In this document: positions 39,051-50,034 of the stretch, piece by piece | Numbering within the stretch: the first letter of the stretch is position 1 | How the letters are laid out: every line of letters begins with the position of its first letter | DNA from: the human T2T-CHM13v2.0 reference genome, Homo sapiens | Reading direction: 5' to 3' (one strand) | NCBI RefSeq assembly: GCF_009914755.1 | Contig: NC_060942.1 | Length of the DNA stretch: 64,000 nucleotides | Translations under genes and position numbers: made by a program | The notes under the pieces: generated by a model | What the model was told of the DNA's origin: nothing | Seen by the model: the letters and a program-made list of their open reading frames with translations, nothing else | Databases searched by the model: none

Positions 39051-40211
39051 CGAATATTAGTTGTTTAAACAATTCAGAAATTTACTTCCTTCTCATATAG
39101 CACTACAGGACAAGCAGTCCACCATGGCACAGCAGTTCCACAGCCTTGGGGACCCAGGCTCCTTCTATCTTGTTGTTCACTTTTCCTGAGATATTGTCCT
39201 CATGGGCATGGCTCAGAATGGCTCCCATTGTGCCTGCAGTTTAGCCAGAAGGAAGGAAAAAAGGATGAAAGGCAGGACATGCCCCTCTTTTTCCAGACCT
39301 GATCCTGCAGCTGCGCACATCAATTCTACACACATCCCGCTGGTCATAAACAGCTGAGAGATGGAGTTTTCCATGGGTGGCCTAGGGTCTAACTCAAAGT
39401 TATATTTCTGTGGAAGAAGAGGAGAACGCCATTTGGGTGACAACTGGTAATCTTTGCCACAGGTGTATTTTTTAAATATAAATTTGGGAGGGATAATGAT
39501 AATTTAGATTCAAGGATACAAGGTTGCCCAAGTTCAGTTCTGCTTTTTCAGAACAACAGACAGATAGGAAAGAGCTTTGAATGGTTTTAAGCACATTGCA
39601 GGCCAGAGGCTACCTGAAAGGTGAAGCTGAGGTCCCTAACTCTTTCAAGATACCTTGGGGAAAAACTGGGTTCAAATCTACAACCAGCCACAAACTAGTA
39701 AGGTGACCGAGCCAGTTACAGTACTGCTCTCAGCTTCAGTTCTTCTTTTTCCATAAAATGAGGGATTTGGACTAAACTTCTGGTTTACAAACTGGGTTCC
39801 AGGGGACCTTAGGATTCCTCAGTGTCACTTCAGGTGTCGGGGACTGGCTTTGAACACTTCTTCCCTGTATATTTATTTGCCAAAGAAACTCCATTTTGAT
39901 TGGGTATATGTCTTAAGGGTCTGTGTAAATCTTCCTTTGGGGGGATAAAAGGGTGGGGCTTCTAATGCTACAAAGAAAGTTGAAAGATGCCTGGACAGTG
40001 TGATACCTAGTGGAGGCAGCTTGGCATCACGTCGGATTGCCTGGATTGAAATCCCAGCTCTGCTGCCTAGCTTCTGTGGCACCTCAGGCTGAAGTACTCA
40101 ACTCTCCTCAGCCTCTGGAATGGGATTTCCTCATCCATAAAATATGGTCATTGTTATTTACTTCTCAGGATTGTCCTGAGGCTTAAATGAAATAATATAT
40201 TTAAGAGGGCT

Positions 40212-40734
40212 TGTATGAGGGTTCTCTAAAGGGACAAAACTAATAGGATAGATAAATATATGAGGGGGAGTTTATTAAGGAGTATTGACTCACACGATCA
40301 CAAGGTGAAGTCCCAGAATAGACCATCTGCAGGCTAAGGAGCCAGAAAGCCAGTCCCAGTCCCAAAACCTCAGAAATAGAGAAGCCAACAGTGTAACCTT
40401 CGGTCTGTGGCCAAAGGCCTGAGAGCCCCTGGCAGGTCACTGGTGTAAGTCCAAGAGTCCAACAGCTGAAGAACCTGGAGTCTGATGTTCAAGGGCAGGA
40501 AGCATCCAACATGGGAGAAAGATGAAGACCAGAACACTCAGCAAGTCTGCTCTTTTCATTCCTGCTTTTATGCTGTCAGCTGATTAGATGGTGCCACCCA
40601 GACTGACGGGTCTGCCTTTCCCGGTTCCCTGACTCAAATGTTAATCTCGTCTGGCAACACCCTCATAGACATACCCAGAAACAATACTTTGTATCCTTCA
40701 ATCCAATCAAGTTGACACAGTATTAACCATCACA
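40212..40734 (-). mobile_element. MLT2A (HERV-L) solo LTR inserted in a MIR
   Basis: TGTATGAGGGTTCTCT...TATTAACCATCACA; 5-bp TSD GGGCT/AGGCT; MIR core on both flanks. Confidence 0.93.
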
Positions 40735-41379
40735 AGGCTTAACACATGTCCTGGCATAAAGGACATGTTGAATAAATGGCAATGACTGTTATCATTACCA
40801 CCACCATCAACTTTATCTCTAAGGCTCCAGCTTTTGGCTGTAAGGCTTTATGTTTCTTTGAATTATTGTGCAAGATGGAGGACCCTTTGATGAGGGAATA
40901 ATTATTACTGGATTTTTCCCTTTGCTCTTGGATTTTTGCAGGTTTTCTCAAAATAAGGCATAGTAGAGCCAGCCCATTGCAGGTAAAACAATTTGAACAG
41001 AAGACATCGGGGTCTGTAATTTCAAAGGCATTATTGAAACAACTTTTTTCTTAACAGAGGAAACAAAATTAATCTTTTAAATCAAGGAGGAAAATTATTT
41101 AATTTTAATGCTGCACATGGCAGGAAAATAAAGTGCAAAGTTTACAGCACTTTATTTCCTTCTTACCAGGAAGGAAGAAGGAAAACCCCATGGTATTATG
41201 TTTTGTCAAACATGACTTTCCAGGGACTAAACCAGACTTTGATTTTAGACCCCTGTTCATTCTAGTTTGGTAAACCCTTGACAAATTCCAGTCTGTTCCA
41301 CCCACAGGAGAGGGTCATGTTACCATCTCAGCTGCAGAGCCGATGAGGTGGTTGTACCGACCTGTAGGATCCCAGAGCT

Positions 41380-42090
41380 GAGAGCTGGAGATCATTGATT
41401 ATAACTCTCTTCATGGGCCAATCAGGTGTTATATGAAGAATCAAATGAGAGAAATGTGACAGGCTTCTGATCCTCCCACTCATGATTTAAAATCTTCTCT
41501 AGAACATTCCTGTTACAGCTTTACTACTACTTGTAAGAAGACCTTAAGCCACCCCTCTTCCATCTCATTTTCTATCTCTGTGACTGTTCTTGCTTATAAA
41601 AGTCTTCAGCCTGAGCACTGAATTGATGCTCAGAGTTTATCTAAAGCCAGAATCTTCTCCATGTTGTTCTTGACAAATGGTCAGTTCTTCTTCTTGAACA
41701 TGTCCCATGACAGGGAACTCACTGCTTTATTAGGAATCAGCCATTCTTTTGGAGGAGAGCTCCAACTTATTTGAAAACTTTCTTCTTTTGCCCTAAAACT
41801 GGTTTTCTAATATATATCTATCATATGTGTATGTATACACTTAGCCTTTTTTAACCGTCTGGATCAAGCCTACATAAAGTTTAGCCCCCTTCCCCAGGCT
41901 GCCTGGCAAATACTTGAAGCTAACCTACCTCCATCTCCAGGCTTAACCTACTGAGCTCTCCCATCATCTCTGATCCCTCATGATAGGTGATCCCTCACCT
42001 ATCTGCTCATCGACCTCTGGGCTTCCCTGGTATTGTTGAAAGCGTGCTTGTTAAAGTCAGTTCACCCAAACTAGTTACTACGCCCTGTAC
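41380..42090 (-). mobile_element. L3/CR1 remnant
   Basis: TTCTTGAACATGTCCCATGACAGGGAACTCACTGC...GAGCTCCAACT...TTCTCC-type reverse CR1 motifs. Confidence 0.5.
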
Positions 42091-43071
42091 CTGTTTTTCC
42101 ATTTCTCCCCATTTTGCTTGTAAAGCTCTACTTGATACCCTCAAATAATAGTTTGATTAATGTTGGAGAAAAGAGGAAGAATATATACAGGCTAAGTTCT
42201 ATGTCTCTTCATACATTTCTGTATCAACACAGCTTTTAAAAAACAGTTCCACCGTAAAAATGTATATATAAAATCTGGGGTTCACCAAGACCTTCAGGCC
42301 TTTTCCAGTGACTATTCCTGTATTTCAGATAAAACTAGGGGTAAACGCTGCATCTTTTATTTGTCTTTACTACATTTCCCTTGGCTTTGAGAATGTTTGT
42401 GTTTTTGCATTATCTCTAAAATGTATGAAGGTAATGTTTATATCTATTTCTATCTTTAGAAATGTTAGAGACCACATGCAATTAGACACCATCTACAAGC
42501 TTAATGAGAAAGCACTGGCTTCATTGGTAAAAGCGTGACCATTATTATGGAGTGGGGCAGGTGTTTGAAAGGATGGATCAGGGCAAGTAAGAGCATCCCA
42601 AATCTAAAGAGAAAATGCAGACTGTGCCCCCGAGAATACTATCTGAAAGTCAGTATGGTAAACACTCAAGCCCTCCAAGATGCAGGTACCTGGCCCGGGT
42701 AACTGCCTTCTATAGAATATCTTTCTACGACCTAGATTGGTTAAAGTCATTACATGCTACTTATGCAAGAAGGTGAATGTAAACTGAGAACTGGTCAAAT
42801 GTATCATTTTAATTAGGCCGTCTCCTTGCAAAAAGAAAACTATGTGAAAGATCCTTTGTGAAGAGCCAAATTTCTATAAACTTGGATTAACATGTGCCAA
42901 CCAGAGATTCCAGGCTAAAGGTATAGGAAGTCCTGATATTATATACTGACTAGTCTGCAATTATGAGACTTTTCATCAGGAAAAATTAAGTGATCAGCCA
43001 TGATTTGTTTTTCTGTGAAGGGTTTACCCAGTACATCAAAGCTCAGTTTAAATTAAACTGGACCCAGAATC

Positions 43072-43385
43072 ATTTATTTATTTATTTATTTTAGCGACAA
43101 GGTCTTTGTTCCCCAGCCTGCAGTGTGGTGATACCACATAGCTCACTGTAACCTTGAACTCCTGGACCCAAGTGATCCTCCAACCTCAGCCTCCCAAGTA
43201 ACTAGGACTACAGGCATGTGCCACCACACCTGGCTAATTTTTTTGTTTTTATTTTTATTTTTTTTAATAGAGACAGGGTCTCACTGTGTTGCCCAGGCTG
43301 GTCTCAAACTCCTGGCCTCAAGCAGTCCTCCCACCTCAGCCTCCCAAAGTGCTGGGATTACAGGCGTGAGCCACCACACTGGGCC
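43072..43385 (-). mobile_element. AluJ (Jo/Jr)
   Basis: Reverse Alu with (ATTT)n tail and J diagnostics (CATAGCTCACTG, GGCCTCAAGCAGTCCTCC). Confidence 0.95.
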
Positions 43386-44372
43386 TGGACACAAATGGGC
43401 CTTCATCCAGTGAGACAAGCAAATTTCAGTGTCATTGATGACTGCCTCTTTGTTCCTGCGTCTTTTCAGTAAGACTTTCTCAATTCAGAGAGCACACTCA
43501 CACTCCATGGAAACCTACTCATAATGCTAAACCTCCTTTTAACCATTTCATTCTTTTACCAAAGCTAAGCCAAATTGACTGATGTTTCTGTCCTTTCCCT
43601 TCTGCAGTCCTTTCTCTCTGCGGTGCTAGTGAGAGAGGAGGCACAGCCTCATGTGGGTCCACAGGGAGGCTGGCGTAAGTAGAGATGCTGGACTGAGTTA
43701 CAGAGCTGCCAGCCATGAAACAGAAATAGGATATTGGCTCCCCCAAGGAAATGCAGGCTGTGCAACTTCTTTATTTGGGTTGGCAACAATAGGCATGCAC
43801 TTTGCTTCTGCTGAGGCCTGATCACTTGCTGAATATTTATTTGTCCCAAAGATTATTTAGCTATCCTCAGGAATCCAGGCTCTCTGGCCAAGTTTTCTCC
43901 TTTGGCATGGGTTCCCAGTGGGGAATGTGACTGATCCTTTCTCCCTTCAAAAGGGGCCATAATGACCATCGAGCTGGAAGTGGAAGTGTTATAGGAGAAG
44001 AGCAAAATGGGACGCAAGAGGACCCATGACTTGTGAAGACAGCGGCAGAGCTGACTAGAACTTGGATCTCCAAATCCAGTGTTCTTTCCAGAAGGCCAGA
44101 ATCTCTCAAACTTTCAGGAGCATATCATTATATGAAGAACTTATCTAATAAAATGCAGATTTTTAGTTCTCCTCATTAGAAATTCTGACGCAGAATCTGC
44201 CTGTTTAATGTGTATCTTCATGTGGCCATGAACTGAGATACCATCTCTATGCATGAGATCACTCTGGCCCATCAACATTTACTTTCTGCTTATACTCACC
44301 CAGGGATGGGAGTGTTGCCAGACAGTTAAATATGAAAACCATCATATCTTCTTGCTCATTTTTTTAAAATTA

Positions 44373-44534
<162 letters not shown>

Positions 44535-44769
44535 TTATAAAAACATTAAAATAAACTTGCAGAAAGAAAAAAAATCCACCCATGGCCCAGAGCTCCATCA
44601 AACCATCTATCTACTTTCCCTTCCATGTTTGGAGAGGTTATCCTTGTATTTAGATAACTATCAACCTAATAATTATTTTATCTTATTTTTACTTCTTTTG
44701 GCCAAGTATCCTCTTTATTATTTGACTTGCTAAGAAACAGGGCCCTTGAATGCTATTAAAGAAGAAAAA

Positions 44770-44990
44770 CAGTGCTTAACTTTATCGATCATTTGCTACA
44801 TTACTGGGCACTGTGCTCAGGGTTTTATATACATTCACTCATTTAATCCCATCAGCCTTATGAAGAAGGTCCTAGTATCCCCATTTTCCAGATTAGGAAA
44901 CTGAGGCTTAGAAAGGATTAATAGCTTGTACCAAATCATAAATCTTCTGACTCCAAAACATATGCTCTTCTTTTCCAAACTGCCTTCTAG
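44770..44990 (-). mobile_element. MIR
   Basis: CCCATTTTCCAGATTAGGAAACTGAGGCTTAGA. Confidence 0.8.
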
Positions 44991-45964
44991 ACAGCAGACA
45001 AAAGACAGAAGATGCTTGGCCTGCAGCTCTTCATCCCCATGAAGAAGGGAGAACTACACAGGAAACAACTAAAGGACAAAAATAACAACTGTTCTTAAGC
45101 ACAAAAATGTGCCCTAAAGATACATAGTGCTGCAGGGAATGAGAGTGGGGCAATATCTATGTGAGCAGGAAACCTTAAATACAAGGGAGAAAAATGGGAC
45201 ACGATCCTAATGGCAGAGGCTGCTATTATAGGTTTGGGGCCAGCAGAATTACTTGGTGAGATAAAAAGTCACAGAGAGCCACAATCCGCCAAGAAGCCAT
45301 CCATTTTAGCTGACTCTCCAAGCAGACCCTTGGCCAGATCCACTAAACATTTCAGATTTGACTCTTTCTCTCCAGAGCTGATAATCAGCACAGACAGGAT
45401 CCCAGATGGTAGGAAAAAGGGGTGACAAGCTAGAGAATCAAGCTCTGAGTAAGTGCAGATGCCACCAGGAGCAAAACTTTTTTCCAGAAATGAAACCTCC
45501 ATTGTTGCTAGAGAGTTTGAGTTCTAAAAGCTTTGCTTATGATTTCCCTGGAGTTTCTTGAGGGTCTCCCATATCCAAGTATCTGCGATACTTTCTGTCT
45601 TCACCATGCATTTGGCACTTAGCATTAGCTAATGCCATCATTTCACATGCTGCCCATCACCATCGCTCCATGACATTTACTACCTGTGCACTGCACTGTG
45701 CCAGGCACAGAAGACATTTGTAAGTCTCTGCCACTGGGTGTGTACAGCCTTTCTGGGTAGACAGGGCACATCTTAATGCCTATTAACAGCCCTTACAGTT
45801 CACTGTGATCTCAGTAGACTTTATTATAAGGTGAAGCAGGATGTAGGGCAACCATTGAGAGGACAAATCAAAAGTGGGTCAGACAGGCAGAGGGAGAAAC
45901 CCTGAGGTGGTGATGGGGTTTTCAACCATGTATTTTTTAGGGGCCTGGCCTGGGGCATCACACG

Positions 45965-46362
45965 TGCTGGTGGGTTCCCTAGGAAGCAGAGTCTGCGCCA
46001 AGATTAACTTGAAGGGCATTTGTTATTCCAAGGGGTGCTTCTGGGGTTAAGGCTTGGGAAAGGGGGAAGAGGGAAGAAGGGTTGAAGGGTGGCTGGGCTG
46101 CAGGCACAGTGTTAGCTTCCTCTGATGCGTGGGGACTTCTGCAGCCAAAAAGGTCCTTCAGAGTTGCCCCTAGTTGGAGGCCCTTTGTATTTTCCTATCC
46201 TTGGCTGCGGGCTGCCCTGGACAGGAGGTGTGAACCCTGGCCAGGTGACTCCGTTCAGCCAAGTCAGTCCTTGGAGGGGGCTGCCACTGAGTCTGCTGAC
46301 AGCCTCCCAGCAGCCAGGGCAAGGAGGCCTTCATTCCTCAAGGAGGATTTGGGCCTCATGTA
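45965..46362 (-). mobile_element. LTR16-type (ERVL) solo LTR
   Basis: GGGTTCCCTAGGAAGCAGAGTCTG...CCTTCAGAGTTGCCC...TTGGCTGCGGGCTGCCC. Confidence 0.7.
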
Positions 46363-47129
46363 CTGCCCTCAGAGAGGCACTCAATAAACATTGACACATT
46401 GGCTGAGAACACCTCTCTCCCTCATGTCACAGGGTCCCTGATTTGTGACTTGGACGCAGGCAGAATAGGTTTGGAACTACAGCATTTGTTTAAAGAATAA
46501 TAATGAACCAGGCTGCAAAAGACCATTTTGTGAATGATTGTATAGCAGCCACCACAAACTGCTAAATGTATGGGTTTCAGAATTTACTGTAAGAGCATCT
46601 TCTGTAATGAGAGTGAAAGCCAGTGCGCCCAAGCCAATTAATGATTGTCGGGGAGAAAGTAGTGACCTGTACAGTCAGATACATAGTCTCATTTCACATA
46701 CTCTTTCCAAAAGATTTTTATTTTCAGGAACAGAGCCCTTGAAGTAAGATAACTATCTCCTGTGTACACATGTGGACGCAACTGTTAGTTAATTCAGGAG
46801 ACAGCTAAGGAAACAAAATAATTTATAGTGTGCTTCCCTTCCAGGAGTTGAAGTAGCTCTTTGGGTATCATTTGTCAGGCTGTAAGAGAGCTGTAGGAGT
46901 TCAGAAGGGAGTATTTAATCTATCTGTTTTGGCAGAGATGGGGGAAACTCCATAGAGTGAGGTAAATTCCCTGAAGTCTCAGGCGGGGAGTGGTTAATTC
47001 AGAACTAGAACCTGGTCCCAGTCAGGTCTCAGCTCTTGATGCATCAAGCTCCTGCGAGCCAGGGGGGCTGGTTTCAAAAGAATTATTAACATTGTGCAGC
47101 AGTGTAGATTTTTCTACAAATTCATTTAG

Positions 47130-48000
47130 ACTCATCCCAAATCAGCTTGTCCCCACTTTCCTGTCTGTGTAAATGGAACCTTCAACACCCAGTCCAGCAA
47201 AATAATTATCTTCTTTAGCCCTTCCTGACCTCAGTCTTCACAGTGAATCTGTCAGCAGATCCCATTAGTTCCACTTCCAGAATGCATCTCGCATCCCTCT
47301 GAACCCCCAACCCCATCCTTGACACTGAAGTCTAAGCCACCATCATCACCTGCCTGGACCACCTCAGGTGGCCTCCTTACTGTCTCCCTGTTCCAATTAT
47401 TGTGGGGAACTGCAATACATTCTTTGCATTTCAGGAAATCAGCCAGAGGGAACTTGTAAACGTGCAAATCAGACTACATCATTTCCCTGCTTGGAACACT
47501 TTGCTGTTTCCCAGTGCACTTGGGATAAAGTCAAAACCTCTTACCGTTTTAACATACAAGGTCCTGCTCTGTCCACCTCTTCAACCTCATCCCCAACCCT
47601 GCCCTTCTGGATTCAGCCCCACTAGTGTCTTTGCTGAATACACCAAGTGTGTTCTGCCCCAGGGCCTTTGCACTTGCTGTGTGCACTGCCTGGATTGCTC
47701 TTCCTCAAGTGGCTACATGGGTGGCCCCTTCTTACCTTTCAGGTCTCAGGCCACGTGATTTCTTTTCAGAGACACCTTCTGGCCAAAATAATCTTTTCCC
47801 CTGACGTATGCAATCACATCACCTGTCCCTATTTATTCCTGCTGATTTTATTTTATCTCTGTTTACTTACCTTGGTATTTGTCTTCTCTCACTGCAGTGT
47901 AAATTCCACCAGAGCAAGGACCTGTTTACTAGTTTATGGCTAACACAATGCTGGGGACAGAGCAGGATGTAATCAGCATTTGGCAAAAGTATGAATGGAT
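47130..48000 (+). mobile_element. L2 3' region
   Basis: GCCACCATCATCACCTGCCTGGAC, CAGGGCCTTTGCACTTGCTG, ends in ATGAATGGAT. Confidence 0.85.
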
Positions 48001-49595
48001 ATATGAGTATATGGGCTTTGTATGGCCTGTTGCACAAATGGAAGCAGAATACAAGAGTACCAGCCAAATTACAATTTCCCAATTACATTCCTAGATATTT
48101 GTACAATAAGTTATAATTTGCAAATATTTTATTTTTGGTTCCAGAAGAGTAAAGGAAATCAACACGTGGGCAGTGTAGTACTGTATATGGCGATGCTGTG
48201 GAGCTATTCCATGATGTTGCAGTCTTCCTGTTCACCTAATATTGTTAATAGTATATAACTTACAAGATAGTATATACTGTAGGGTCCTATTTGACTTTTG
48301 AAAATGTTATTATAAGCAGAAAAGACTAAAAGGATGTTACCAAAGTGTTAGCCAGACTTATCCTGGATGTTAGGGTTATTCTATTTTGTTTTTCTTTTCT
48401 TTATTATCTGATGTTTATATGATGAATTTACAATTTTTTCAAAGTATAAGTTTGTTTTTTAATAATACCATTGGTGAATCCTTTTGTGATGGTGATGGTG
48501 TCATTGGTGAACATACTGTTTTAAGACAGATCTCTTCTAAGGTACACAGCTGCTCTTCTTGGTGGGCCCTGCCTGGTATGCCTGCCTGGTACAGCTGCCT
48601 GGGAAGCTTTGGCTGCCTGGGATCTAGAGAACTTGCTGTGTTCAGAAAGTGACACCTGAGAGCACCCAGCAGCAAGCTTAAAGAGTGTTGGGTCAGCTCT
48701 AAGCTTTGTCAAAACACAGGACCCAACCAAGAGAGCCTATCTTGTCCCTCAGCCTGTGGCACTGAATTCCACTCTAATTCACTCTCTGGGGTACCTGGAA
48801 GATGAGGACTATCTGGAAATGAAAGACATCCTTGATGACTGGCACTTGCTCCAGGACACTGGTGGGGAGAAGCTGAGGCCCAGGACCTGAAAACTCAGCC
48901 AGCTTTGTGCTTTCCCGAGCTTTCTCAGGGCACAGGGGGAGGCATGGGAGAGAGAACAAGTCAAGGAGGAACCAAAGCTGGTCCTGGAAAATGCAGGGTC
49001 TGCATCAGGGATGGATGGCCTCCATCACCCCAGGAGACCGAGCCTTGGTGACCAGAATCTTGGGATGCTAAGAGATGGCAAAAGCGCTGGGCATGAATTA
49101 TGGCAAGATTTTTTTCCTTCCTCACTTTATCCTTGCACTTTATTTTTCTCCTTTGCTGGGTCCTCAGCATCATTCTTTGAGAGCCTTTTTCTAGCTTCCT
49201 CCCTCCAAAGACCGCAGGAGTCACAAACCCCCATTCCGTGAGCAAATGTGTATTGGGCTCTTAGCACATGCAAGGGCTGTGACACAGATGGCAGAGGAGG
49301 CCAAGGAGTAGAAGACAGCCCCTTCCTTCATGGAGCTTCCAGTTCAGTTAGAGAGGGAAGACATGCTCAGTGGGCAAAACAAAGTATAAGGTCTGAATAC
49401 CATTGTAGACTCGGGGTAGCACATGCCCATACCAAAGCCAGGCTGGACCCAGGATTGGTGAGGTCTGAAGCTTATACAGCATTGGGAGATCCTCATAGAA
49501 AGAAGAGATAGAAAATAGCTAGAGCCCCTCCCAGGTCTCTGGAAGGGGCTCTTGCTAGTGAGGAGTTCTTGGCTTAAGTGTTGTTAGTTTCTTGG

Positions 49596-49638
49596 TGTAT
49601 TAGGGTTCTCCAGAGAAAAACCAATAGGGTGTGTGTAT

Positions 49639-49675
<37 letters not shown>

Positions 49676-50034
49676 ATGACATTTATTTTAAGGACTCAGC
49701 TCAAGTGATTATGGAGACTGACAAGTCCAAAATCAGCAGGGTGGTCTGGCAGGCTGGAAACCCAGGATAAGCTGAGGTTGCATTGAAGCCTGAAGGCCAT
49801 CCACTGGCAGAATTCCTTCTCACTCAGGGGAAGTCCTTCATTTGTTCTATTAAGGCCTTCTACTGACTGGAAGAAGACCACCCACATTATGAAGGGTCAT
49901 CTGCTTTACTCAGAGTCCACTAATTTAAATGCAAATCTCATCCAAAAACATCCTTACAGAAACATCCAGAATAATGTTTGACCAAATATCTGGGCACCAT
50001 GGTCAACCAAGTTGACATAAAATTAACCTTCACA
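49596..50034 (-). mobile_element. MLT2 (C/D-type) solo LTR
   Basis: TGTATTAGGGTTCTCCAGAGA...AAGTTGACATAAAATTAACCTTCACA; TSD CTTGG/CCTGG. Confidence 0.9.
49640..49669. repeat. (CA)15 microsatellite
   Basis: Direct reading. Confidence 0.97.

Larger units (their letters stand above)
37605..39461 (-). mobile_element. MLT1J-like LTR split by a hAT element (pieces about 37605-37650 and 39055-39461)
   Basis: GGGGACCCAGGCTCCTTCTATCTTGTTG...GGTAATCTTTGCCACA. Confidence 0.65.
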
